The position numbers and the translations under genes were made by a program. Positions 38,666 to 49,460 of a DNA stretch of 64,000 bases are shown here, in pieces. Each line of letters opens with the position of its first letter. Positions within the stretch are counted from its first letter, which is position 1. Under the pieces are notes generated by a model, which was not told the DNA's origin, did no database searches, and worked only from the letters and a program-made list of their open reading frames with translations. Source of the DNA: Marinilabiliales bacterium (lineage in GTDB: Bacteria; Bacteroidota; Bacteroidia; Bacteroidales; F082); NCBI GenBank assembly GCA_002869365.1, contig PKTA01000089.1, positions 5,048-69,047 of the forward strand, given 5' to 3'.

Positions 38666-40744
38666 GTGCATAAACATCTCATTTACATATTATTATTTTG
38701 TTTTCTGATAATTTCCGGCCAAAGCCGGGCAGCAGATCCTGTGAAAATGAAATGTGTAGTTGTAAACGCTGATGGCTCAATAACGTTTTACTGGGAAAAT
38801 CCAATTGATCTAAGTGATTTCAATAAGTTTATTTTTTATCACTCCAATAATGGCATTAATTTTAGCAAACTCGATTCGAGTTCTGTGAGTACTACAAATT
38901 TTTATACACACTCAACAACTGCCGGAAATTCTTCACAGAAATTTTATTTTGTTGATATTGTTTCTCAATCCGGAATAAGTACGACGTCCGACACTCTTGG
39001 ATCAATATTTTTTCAATTGGATAATAATGATCCCGACTTTAACATGGCGGATTTGTATTGGACAAAAGTATCGGAACCACCACCTGACGGAAGTAATGGT
39101 CAGTATCAAATTTATTGGGATTATCCCGATGGAAGTTGGAAATTAATCAACTCCTCCACTTCTGATAATTATAGTTTCGACATAAATGTTTGCGAGGATA
39201 GTATAAATTTCAAAATTGAACTGGAAAATTCTTTTTGCAATTCAGTTTCCAACATAAGAGGTAATTGGTTTAGGGATGTTGAATACCCTCAAATAATTGA
39301 TTTCGATTCTATTAGCGTGAATGATTTTGAAACTATTTTAGGATGGTCACCATCACAAAGCCAGGATGTTGTGGGATATATTTTATATAGAAACCAATCG
39401 GGAACCTGGCAGGAATTCGACACGGTTATTGGTATAAATAACACTTTATATACAGATACTGTTTTTAGTCCCTGTGAAATTTCAAAGGAATATGCTATTG
39501 CAGCCATCGACAGTTGTGGAAACAAAAGTGAGGGATCATTTTTACAACCACAAAAACCCATCTTTATTTATGAAATAGGTTATAATGTTTGCGAAAAACA
39601 AGATACTTTAGTTTGGGAACAATACGAAAATTCCTTCCCCGAAATAGATAATTACTTTGTTTGGAGGAGTACTAATGGAGGAAATTTTGAAAAAATAGCA
39701 ACTCTGGGCTCAAACCCAAACCCGGAACCGCCTGAGAGTATAAACAACAATCAAATGTGGTATATCGATGAAGGAATAAATCCCGGGAACACATATCAAT
39801 ATTATGTACAGGCAGCCTTTGGAAACCGCACTTCTTCCTCCTGCATAAAAGAAATTGTATCCTATTCTTATAAAGTTCCTCTGCATTTATATTTAGCTAA
39901 TGCAGATGTATTTCCGGAGAATCAAATCCAATTAAGCCTTGATGTTGATGAGAATGTTTTTTCATGTACCTGGGAAATTTATCGCTCGGAGGAAGGTAAT
40001 CCTCAAATTGACCTTGTAAGCAGCATAAACTTTAATGATTTACAATCAAATCCTCTCGTTTACAATGATGCTGATGCCGATCCTGAAACCAGCCCTTATC
40101 AATATTATGCTATTGTTAAAGATAGTTGTGAAATAAAAGTAATTGAATCCAATATATTAAAAACAATTCACCTTACGGGAAGCAAAGTAGACAAACAAAC
40201 TAACTTGCTGGAATGGAATGAATTTGAGGGATGGGAAACTAATGTTGAAAAGTATTATATCTATCGAATAAGTTCGATGGAAAACGGAAGTATACCTTTT
40301 GATTCGGTGGATGCTTTTACCTTTTCTTATGAAGACAAAATTGATGAGTCGATGGCAACCAATGGGAAATTTACCTATTGGGTTCAGGCAAAGCAGATTG
40401 AAGGAGGGCAGTATGATTATAAAGCCTATAGTAATTCAAACCACATAGATCTATTTTTAGAAAGCAATATCTTCTTTCCCACAGCATTCAAACCATCATC
40501 TACAATTAGCACTAACAGTGAGTTTAAACCAATATTTAATTTCTTCAGTGGTAGTAATTACAGTTTTATGATTTATAATCGTTGGGGTCAAATTATTTAC
40601 GAAACTAATGAAGTCGATAAAGGATGGAATGGATCTTATAAGAATAAAAAACAAAGTAGCGGATTGTACATTTATCGCCTGACTTACCAAAATGTTTATG
40701 GCCAAAACATTGAACGCAAAGGTAGTTTCATGCTGCTTAATTAA
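38666..40744 (+). CDS. secreted multi-FN3-like protein with a T9SS type B (gliding-motility-associated) C-terminal domain
   Basis: GTG start with a signal peptide (LIYILLFCFLIISGQSRA). At least five repeats of an xLxW...Y.IYR FN3-like pattern. C-terminus FFPTAFKP...FMIYNRWGQIIYET...GWNG...SGLYIYRL...KGSFMLLN fits the type B CTD. Confidence 0.8.
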   Translation: MHKHLIYILLFCFLIISGQSRAADPVKMKCVVVNADGSITFYWENPIDLSDFNKFIFYHSNNGINFSKLDSSSVSTTNFYTHSTTAGNSSQKFYFVDIVSQSGISTTSDTLGSIFFQLDNNDPDFNMADLYWTKVSEPPPDGSNGQYQIYWDYPDGSWKLINSSTSDNYSFDINVCEDSINFKIELENSFCNSVSNIRGNWFRDVEYPQIIDFDSISVNDFETILGWSPSQSQDVVGYILYRNQSGTWQEFDTVIGINNTLYTDTVFSPCEISKEYAIAAIDSCGNKSEGSFLQPQKPIFIYEIGYNVCEKQDTLVWEQYENSFPEIDNYFVWRSTNGGNFEKIATLGSNPNPEPPESINNNQMWYIDEGINPGNTYQYYVQAAFGNRTSSSCIKEIVSYSYKVPLHLYLANADVFPENQIQLSLDVDENVFSCTWEIYRSEEGNPQIDLVSSINFNDLQSNPLVYNDADADPETSPYQYYAIVKDSCEIKVIESNILKTIHLTGSKVDKQTNLLEWNEFEGWETNVEKYYIYRISSMENGSIPFDSVDAFTFSYEDKIDESMATNGKFTYWVQAKQIEGGQYDYKAYSNSNHIDLFLESNIFFPTAFKPSSTISTNSEFKPIFNFFSGSNYSFMIYNRWGQIIYETNEVDKGWNGSYKNKKQSSGLYIYRLTYQNVYGQNIERKGSFMLLN

Positions 40745-41040
40745 ACTCCTTAATAAATTGATTTTCCTTAACTCAAAAAACTCTATATCCACCCTACCCT
40801 ACAATCATTCCGTCTTATCCTAAAAATATTCTACACATTAAAAATCATCCGCGAAGCATCGAGGATCTACAGCCATATACAACTTTCAGTTTCAGATATT
40901 TACTAGCACTCATTTAACTCATCGTACTTCACTTTACAATTTTCATTCTTCAAAACTCAAAAACTCTTCATTCATAGCTCATAACTCACAACTCTAAATA
41001 ATTCACTCACACTCACGACTATATTTCTCGTCGTTAATCT
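40745..41040 (+). other. C-rich, G-poor non-coding tract (candidate Rho-utilisation region or dispersed element)
   Basis: By hand count, about 80 C against 17 G in 296 nt on the + strand. No credible ORF and no hairpin terminator. It shares the 13-mer ataactcacaact (40981..40993) and the 12-mer atttctcgtcgt (41023..41034) with 58088..58440. Confidence 0.5.
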
Positions 41041-41094
41041 TTGTTAAATCAGTTTTTGGGACATCAATTTGGCTTCGTTTTACATTAATTTTGA

Positions 41095-42594
<1,500 letters not shown>

Positions 42595-42624
42595 AATTAT
42601 TAATATTAACCATATACAATAAAA

Positions 42625-44658
42625 ATGAATAAAATGAATTCGTCATTTAAAGTAATTCTTGCTTTTTTAATAATGCTTGGATTAAACAATAGCATTTTAG
42701 CACAAAAATCAATCGACAACAAAACTCTAATGACTATTGGAAATGAAGATGTTACAGTTGCCGACTTCATGAAAACATATACGAAAAACAATTCTACTGA
42801 AGAAATGAATAAGGAAGGTGCCATTGATGAGTATCTTGATCTGTTCATCAACTTCAAGTTGAAAGTTATGGAGGCTAAAAACCTTAAAATGGATACAATC
42901 CCCTCCTTCGTTAAAGAATTGGAAGGGTACAGAAAGCAACTTGCTAAGCCCTACTTCATTGATGAAAGTGTAAATGAAGCCCTTTTAAAAGAAGCTTACA
43001 AAAGGAAATTAAAGGATTTGAGAGCAAGTCATATTCTTATAATGGTTGATAAAAATGCAACTCCTGAAGACACTTTGAAGGCTTACAAAAAGATAATGGA
43101 TATCCGTAATGAAATCATAGCAGGCAAAGATTTTGGCGATGCTGCAGTTGAATATTCCGACGACCCATCTGCAAAAGATCAGGAGGAAATTCCTAATAAA
43201 CAGAGATACAGAAAAGGCAACCGTGGTGATTTGGGATATTTTACCGTATTTAATATGGTTTATCCTTTTGAAAGTGCTGCTTATAATACAACTGTTGGAG
43301 AAGTTTCGATGCCAACCAGAACCCGATTTGGGTATCATTTATTGAAAGTTGAAAGCAAAACTGATGCACTGGGAGTTGCACAGGTTGCACATATTTATGT
43401 TACACTTCGCCCAAATGCAGGCGATGAAGAAGTAGCACAAAAAGAAGAAAAAATCAATAACATATATTCAAAAATTCAGGAAGGAATGAGTTTTGAAGAT
43501 GCTGTTGTTAAATATTCAGAAGATAAAGGTTCTGCAAAAAATAAAGGCCAGTTATCAAAATTTACCTGTAACAAAGTTGTCCCTGAATTTGTGGATGTAG
43601 CAAAAAGTTTGAAACCAGGTGAAATTTCTGAACCAATTAGAACCATGTATGGTTTCCATATTGTAAAACTGCTTAGCCGTCAAACTCCAGGTACTTTTGA
43701 TGAAGAAAAAGAAGAACTCAAAGAACGCCTTTCTAAAGACGACAGAACTCACAAAAGTGAAGAAGTTGTTATTCAGAAAATTAAAAATAATAGCGGTTTT
43801 AAAGTAAACGAAAAAAGAAAAAATGAAGTGATTGAACTAATTGACAGCACTGTGCTTAACGGTAAATTTATTGCCGACAGTTTAAACTTCAAATCTAAAT
43901 TCTTGTTTAAAATTGCCAAGAAAAAATATTCTCAGGCCGACTTTGTTAAATATGTTTCCGAAAATCAGAAAAAACAGGAAAACATTGATAAGTCAGTTTA
44001 TCTTAATAACTTATTCAACGATTATACAAAACAGGAATTATTGGCTTATGCTGATAGTAATCTGGAAAAAGATTATCCAGAATTTGCCGATCTGATGGAG
44101 GAATATCACGATGGAATATTACTCTTTAATCTAACTGATAAAATGGTTTGGAATAAAGCCGTAAAAGATACCGTTGGACAAAAAGAGTTCTTTGAAAAGC
44201 ACCGTGGCGATTATATGTGGGGAGAAAGAGTTGACGCAACAGTGTTCCGTTTGCGCAAACCAGCCGATTACGAAAAAGTAATCGAAATTATTTCAAATAA
44301 TGAAAACGATGGTGATATAGCAAAAACACTCGATGCCGACAGTATTAAATCAGTTAGAATAATACCTGATATTTTTGAAAAAGGTCAGAATAAATTTGTA
44401 GATCAGGCAGAATGGAAACCAGGAATCTCTGATATGATAAAATCAGATGTTGAAAATCTTGCAGTTATCGTTAAAATTAAAAAAGTAATACCTCCTCAAC
44501 CAAAGGAATTAAGTGAAGCAAGAGGAATGGTTACTGCAGATTATCAAACTTATCTTGAAAAAGAGTGGATAAAAGAACTGAGAGAAAAATATCCTGTTAA
44601 CATTAATAAAGAAGTTTTAAACGAACTTAAACAGCAGAAATTTTCAGCCTCAAATTAA
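42625..44658 (+). CDS. periplasmic peptidyl-prolyl isomerase (PpiD/SurA-like, two parvulin domains)
   Basis: 677 aa with a signal peptide. Parvulin signatures LRASHILI...GDLGYF...GYHLLKV and a second VAHIYV...GFHIVKL. Confidence 0.85.
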   Translation: MNKMNSSFKVILAFLIMLGLNNSILAQKSIDNKTLMTIGNEDVTVADFMKTYTKNNSTEEMNKEGAIDEYLDLFINFKLKVMEAKNLKMDTIPSFVKELEGYRKQLAKPYFIDESVNEALLKEAYKRKLKDLRASHILIMVDKNATPEDTLKAYKKIMDIRNEIIAGKDFGDAAVEYSDDPSAKDQEEIPNKQRYRKGNRGDLGYFTVFNMVYPFESAAYNTTVGEVSMPTRTRFGYHLLKVESKTDALGVAQVAHIYVTLRPNAGDEEVAQKEEKINNIYSKIQEGMSFEDAVVKYSEDKGSAKNKGQLSKFTCNKVVPEFVDVAKSLKPGEISEPIRTMYGFHIVKLLSRQTPGTFDEEKEELKERLSKDDRTHKSEEVVIQKIKNNSGFKVNEKRKNEVIELIDSTVLNGKFIADSLNFKSKFLFKIAKKKYSQADFVKYVSENQKKQENIDKSVYLNNLFNDYTKQELLAYADSNLEKDYPEFADLMEEYHDGILLFNLTDKMVWNKAVKDTVGQKEFFEKHRGDYMWGERVDATVFRLRKPADYEKVIEIISNNENDGDIAKTLDADSIKSVRIIPDIFEKGQNKFVDQAEWKPGISDMIKSDVENLAVIVKIKKVIPPQPKELSEARGMVTADYQTYLEKEWIKELREKYPVNINKEVLNELKQQKFSASN

Positions 44659-44664
44659 AATATT

Positions 44665-45525
44665 ATGTCGAAAATAGTGAACTTTATTTTCCTTTTTGCC
44701 ATAGTCATGATAATGGCTTGTCAAACGCAAATGAAGGATGATAATGGCATTGTTTTGGCGCGTGTTCACGACGATTACCTTTACGAATCTGATCTCAAAA
44801 ATATAGTTCCAAGCAACATATCACATCACGATAGTATAGTTATCATTCGTAATTATGTTAATAATTGGGTGAAAACAAAATTGATGGTTGAGAAGGCTAA
44901 ATTTAATCTTACAGATGAACAACAAAATTTTGAGCAAAGACTGGAAGAATATGAAAACTCCCTAATAATTTATGAATACGAAAGTAAACTCATAGATCAG
45001 GAGTTGGATACCAGTATTAATCAAACAGAATTAAAAACATTTTATTTAAATCACGTATCTGATTTCGAATTAAAAGAAAACATTGTTAAGGTTTATTATT
45101 GCATTCTTAACAAACAGTTCGACAGCATACAACATATAGAAGAAATTTTTAATCTGCCAGACAGTTTAATTATTGATTCACTGGATATTATGGCTAATAT
45201 CTATAATTTAAATTATTCAATAGACACAGCCAACTGGATTGCGTTTGAGGATTTAAAGCGAATAATCCCCATTGAAACTTATAATCAGGATTTGTTTTTA
45301 AAAAACAAAAGATTCATAAAAATATCCGACGAAAACAATATTTATATGCTTAAGTTTGTTGACTTTAAAATTATAGATGACATAAGTCCGTTTTCACTTG
45401 TTGAGAAAAAAATAAAAGATATCATCCTGGCCAAGAGAAAAATTCTTCTAACAAATAAGGTGAGGAAGGAAATCTTCGATCATGCGGCTTCTAATAAAGA
45501 TTTTGAAATTTATTATAATGAATAG
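44665..45525 (+). CDS. hypothetical lipoprotein, SurA N-terminal-domain-like chaperone without a PPIase domain
   Basis: 286 aa. Signal plus lipobox-like IMACQ. Located between two parvulin genes. No parvulin signature seen. Confidence 0.45.
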   Translation: MSKIVNFIFLFAIVMIMACQTQMKDDNGIVLARVHDDYLYESDLKNIVPSNISHHDSIVIIRNYVNNWVKTKLMVEKAKFNLTDEQQNFEQRLEEYENSLIIYEYESKLIDQELDTSINQTELKTFYLNHVSDFELKENIVKVYYCILNKQFDSIQHIEEIFNLPDSLIIDSLDIMANIYNLNYSIDTANWIAFEDLKRIIPIETYNQDLFLKNKRFIKISDENNIYMLKFVDFKIIDDISPFSLVEKKIKDIILAKRKILLTNKVRKEIFDHAASNKDFEIYYNE

Positions 45526-46903
45526 AATAAAGAATAATATGATGGGCAATATAAATAAACTCGTAGTTTTATTGGGATTGGCAATTTTTATTTGCAGCCC
45601 TTCATTTTCACAAAATGATAATTCATATATTATCGATCAGGTTGTTGCCGTGGTTGGTAAAAATATCATTTTGGAATCAGACATTGAAAATCAATACCTT
45701 AATTATAGAATTCAAGGAGGTATCAGAGGTAGTTCCGATGATATAAGATGCCAGATACTGGAAGAACAACTATTTCAGAAATTAATGGTTGCTCAGGCAG
45801 AAGTTGATAGTATTGAAGTAAATGATGTACAGGTTGAAGGTGAAATGGAGCGTAGATTACAAATGTTTATTTCTCAGTTCGGAAGCCAGGAAAAGATGGA
45901 AGACTATTATGGAAAAACTATTCCGGAAATAAAGAAGGAATTGCACGACATAATTAAAGAGCAAATGATTGCCCAGCAAGTTCAGTCGCAGATTGTTGAA
46001 AATGTTAATGTTACACCTTCCGAAATAAAATCTTATTTCAATTCCATTCCAAAAGACAGTATTCCTCTAATTCCAACCGAGTATCAGATAGCTCAGATAG
46101 TGAAAAAACCACCCATAAGTATGGACGAGAAGTTAAGGGTAAAAGACCGCTTGATAGAATTAAGAAGCAGAATTCTAAAAGGTGAAAACTTCTCAACTCT
46201 TGCAATTTTATATTCTGAAGATCCGGGATCAGCAAAAAAAGGTGGAGAATTAGGATTTTATGGAAGAGGTCAGTTATACCCTGAATTTGAGGCAGTTGCA
46301 TTTAAATTAAAGGAAGGCGAAATATCAAATATAGTAGAAACCGAAGCCGGGTATCATATAATTCAGTTGATTGAAAGGAAAGGCGATTATGTTAATGTTC
46401 GACATATTTTACTTACTCCAAAAGTATCTCCTGCCGATCTTGCAAAAGCAAGCAGAGAACTCGACAGTGTTGCTAACTTAATAAGAACTGACTCTATAAG
46501 TTTTGAAAAGGCAGTAGAGGAATTTTCGGAAGCTAAAAACAAAAATAATGGCGGATTAATAGTTAATCCTTATACGGGAGGAACTACTTTTGAAGCAGAG
46601 CAACTGGATCAGCAAATATCATTTGTAATTGAGAAGATGAAAGTTGGTGACTTATCGAATCCCGTTCCTTTAAAAACCGAAGATAATGAGGATGCTTATC
46701 AAATTGTACTTCTGAAGAAAAAAACAATACCTCACAAAGCAAATTTAAAGGATGATTATTCCAAAATCCAAACATGGACTGAGGCCAACAAGAAGGAAGA
46801 AGTTATTGATAAATGGATAAATGAAAAAGCCAAAGAAACTTATGTTAGGATAATTGATGAATATAAATCATGCAAATTCCGACATACATGGAATATTAGA
46901 TAA
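45518..46903 (+). CDS. surA: SurA-like periplasmic chaperone / peptidyl-prolyl isomerase
   Basis: The ATG at 45518 (MNRIKNNMMGNINKLVVLLGLAIFICSPSFSQ) overlaps the upstream stop (ATGAATAG). Parvulin motifs GELGFYGRGQL...GYHIIQL and VRHILL. Confidence 0.8.
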   Translation: MNRIKNNMMGNINKLVVLLGLAIFICSPSFSQNDNSYIIDQVVAVVGKNIILESDIENQYLNYRIQGGIRGSSDDIRCQILEEQLFQKLMVAQAEVDSIEVNDVQVEGEMERRLQMFISQFGSQEKMEDYYGKTIPEIKKELHDIIKEQMIAQQVQSQIVENVNVTPSEIKSYFNSIPKDSIPLIPTEYQIAQIVKKPPISMDEKLRVKDRLIELRSRILKGENFSTLAILYSEDPGSAKKGGELGFYGRGQLYPEFEAVAFKLKEGEISNIVETEAGYHIIQLIERKGDYVNVRHILLTPKVSPADLAKASRELDSVANLIRTDSISFEKAVEEFSEAKNKNNGGLIVNPYTGGTTFEAEQLDQQISFVIEKMKVGDLSNPVPLKTEDNEDAYQIVLLKKKTIPHKANLKDDYSKIQTWTEANKKEEVIDKWINEKAKETYVRIIDEYKSCKFRHTWNIR

Positions 46904-46926
46904 TACAAGAATAACAATACTACAAT

Positions 46927-47889
46927 ATGAACTATAAATCTGACGTTGAAGCTGTTGACGCTTTCGTTGAAAAATATAAACTTCTCACCAAAGAAATTGG
47001 AAAAGTAATAATTGGTCAGGAAGAAACAGTTAGAAATACTTTAATTTCAATTTTCTCACAGGGTCATGTGTTGTTGGTTGGAGTTCCGGGTTTGGCAAAA
47101 ACTTTACTAGTAAACACAATCGGTCAGGTATTGGGATTAACTTATAACAGAATTCAATTTACTCCCGACCTTATGCCATCCGACATTATCGGGACTGAAA
47201 TTCTTGATGAAAGTCGTAAGTTCAAATTTATCAAAGGACCTGTTTTTTCAAATATTATTCTGGCCGACGAGATAAACCGTACACCTCCAAAAACGCAATC
47301 AGCTCTTCTGGAGTCTATGCAGGAAAAGTCGGTTACCGTAGCTGGAATTAACTACAAACTTGACAATCCGTTTTTTGTGTTGGCAACTCAAAATCCCATA
47401 GAGCAGGAAGGAACATACCCATTGCCTGAAGCACAATTAGACAGATTTATGTTCAATTTGATATTGGATTACCCTTCACTTGAGGAAGAGTTAAATATTA
47501 TAAAAAGTACTACTACTGGAAGCATCCCTAATATAAGTAAGATTTTAGATTCTGATGAAATAGTTTATTTTCAGCAATTGCTGAGAAAAATACCTGTTGC
47601 TGATAATGTAATGGAGTATGCAGTAAAACTTTCATCAAAAACACGTCCAAATACAAGTTTAGCTCACCCATGGGCTAACGATTATTTAAATTGGGGGGCA
47701 GGACCGCGTGCCTCTCAGTATTTGATAATTGGTGCAAAAGCCCAGGCAGTCATTAATGGTAAATATTCTCCTGATATTGAAGATGTAAAAGCCATTGCTC
47801 CCGCTGTACTTCGTCATAGAATTGTTAGAAATTATAAAGCTGAAGCAGAAGGTGTTTCGCTCGATATGATTATTAATGAGATGCTTTAG
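46927..47889 (+). CDS. MoxR-family AAA+ ATPase
   Basis: 320 aa. Walker A GVPGLAKT, Walker B ILADEINR, and ATQNPIEQEGTYPLPEAQLDRF, which is typical of MoxR. Confidence 0.9.
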   Translation: MNYKSDVEAVDAFVEKYKLLTKEIGKVIIGQEETVRNTLISIFSQGHVLLVGVPGLAKTLLVNTIGQVLGLTYNRIQFTPDLMPSDIIGTEILDESRKFKFIKGPVFSNIILADEINRTPPKTQSALLESMQEKSVTVAGINYKLDNPFFVLATQNPIEQEGTYPLPEAQLDRFMFNLILDYPSLEEELNIIKSTTTGSIPNISKILDSDEIVYFQQLLRKIPVADNVMEYAVKLSSKTRPNTSLAHPWANDYLNWGAGPRASQYLIIGAKAQAVINGKYSPDIEDVKAIAPAVLRHRIVRNYKAEAEGVSLDMIINEML

Positions 47890-48005
47890 TGCAGGCAACA
47901 CTTAATTTATTTTAAAATTTAGTAAAACAGAATAAAAATATAAGTTCCAGCGTTGTTCTTTGGATAACAATAATTACATTTACAGTTTTATTAAAATAAG
48001 CATTA

Positions 48006-49391
48006 ATGAAGCGAAAAAATATCCTAATCCTACTGGGCTCAATTTTAGTTTTAATATTCATAACCTGGTATTTCACTAAGCCCTCCGCGCAACAAGGCCA
48101 GTCAATTAAAACAGAAGTTAAATTCGGAACTTTTGTAATCGACGTTACAACAACCGGAGAATTGGAAGCCCGCAGTAGTGAAAAAATTCAGGGCCCAAAC
48201 CCAATGAAATTGCGTAATGCCAGAATTTGGCAATATCGTATAGAAGATATGGTTCCCGATGGAACTGTTGTAGATTCAGGCCAATGGGTTGCAACCCTCG
48301 ACCGTTCCGATCTCGAAAATAAAATAAAAGACCAGGAGTTGGAAGTGGAAAAACTGCAAACCCAATACCTTCAAAAACAACTCGACACCACCATGACATT
48401 GAGAAATGCAAGAGATGAACTTATTAATTTAAAGTTTACTCTTGAAGAGAAAAAAATAGTTGTGGAACAGTCGATTTATGAACCACCGGCAACACAACGT
48501 CAGGTGCAGATTGATTACGATAAAACTTTACGAACATATAACCAGAGTACAGAAAACTATCAGTTGAAACTTCAAAAAGCAGATGCTGATATGAGAGAAG
48601 TACAAGCAAACTTATCAAAGGCTCAAAACCGACTCGATGAGTTTAAGGATTTACTTGGCGACTTTGTTATTTTAGCTCCAAAGCCAGGTATGGTAACATA
48701 TAAAAAAGGATGGGACGGACAGAAACAAGGTATTGGCGCCCAGGTTAGTGCATGGGATAATGTTGTAGCTACCCTTCCCGACCTTTCTGCAATGAACAGC
48801 CAAACATTTGTAAATGAGATAGATATTAGTAAAGTTAGTGAAGGGCAAGCCGCAGAAATTGAAATTGATGCCTTCCCGGGAAAAACTTTTGATGGAAGTG
48901 TTTTTGAAGTTGCCAATATGGGTGAGCAAATGCGCAATTCAAATGCGAAAGTTTTTGAAGTAATTATCCATATTGATGGTTTCGATTCTATTCTTAGACC
49001 ATCAATGACCACTAAAAACAGAATTATTACCAATATTATCGATTCTGTTCTTTATGTACCCATCGAATGTGTGTCATCCAACGATTCCATTTCCTATGTA
49101 TATTTCCATGGAAGAAAGCATCAGGTTATACCCGGGCTAAGCAACGAATCCTCCATAATTATACGTGAAGGACTTGAGCGGGGAGATGATGTTTACCTTG
49201 TTCCTCCCTCCGATTCCAAAGATTGGGATATCGATTTTCTGGATAAGGATATTGTAGAAAAGTACAAGAAGGAAGAGGAAGATAAAAATCAACCTGACAC
49301 AGTTAAGGTCGAAAAAGATCAAATACCAAAGGGGAAATTCGACGGTAAAAGGAAAGGTGATTATAAAATGGGTAAGGGAAAACGGAAATAA
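48006..49391 (+). CDS. HlyD/MacA-type periplasmic efflux adaptor with a Lys-rich tail
   Basis: 461 aa. N-terminal TM anchor, coiled-coil hairpin, beta-barrel segment (VLAPKPGMV...). The C-terminal 60 aa are K/E/D-rich. Confidence 0.8.
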   Translation: MKRKNILILLGSILVLIFITWYFTKPSAQQGQSIKTEVKFGTFVIDVTTTGELEARSSEKIQGPNPMKLRNARIWQYRIEDMVPDGTVVDSGQWVATLDRSDLENKIKDQELEVEKLQTQYLQKQLDTTMTLRNARDELINLKFTLEEKKIVVEQSIYEPPATQRQVQIDYDKTLRTYNQSTENYQLKLQKADADMREVQANLSKAQNRLDEFKDLLGDFVILAPKPGMVTYKKGWDGQKQGIGAQVSAWDNVVATLPDLSAMNSQTFVNEIDISKVSEGQAAEIEIDAFPGKTFDGSVFEVANMGEQMRNSNAKVFEVIIHIDGFDSILRPSMTTKNRIITNIIDSVLYVPIECVSSNDSISYVYFHGRKHQVIPGLSNESSIIIREGLERGDDVYLVPPSDSKDWDIDFLDKDIVEKYKKEEEDKNQPDTVKVEKDQIPKGKFDGKRKGDYKMGKGKRK

Positions 49392-49460
49392 ATTTACTGA
49401 TAATCATAACTCGAATCTAATTAATAGATTTTCCATTTACCAAATATTAATAGAAAAAAC

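Noticed and set aside
46927-47889. MoxR AAA+ ATPase as the core of a novel defence or chaperone system
   Set aside because: No vWA/DUF58, nuclease or other partner gene lies adjacent. The flanking genes are chaperones and an efflux pair with ordinary motifs. There is not enough evidence for a system.
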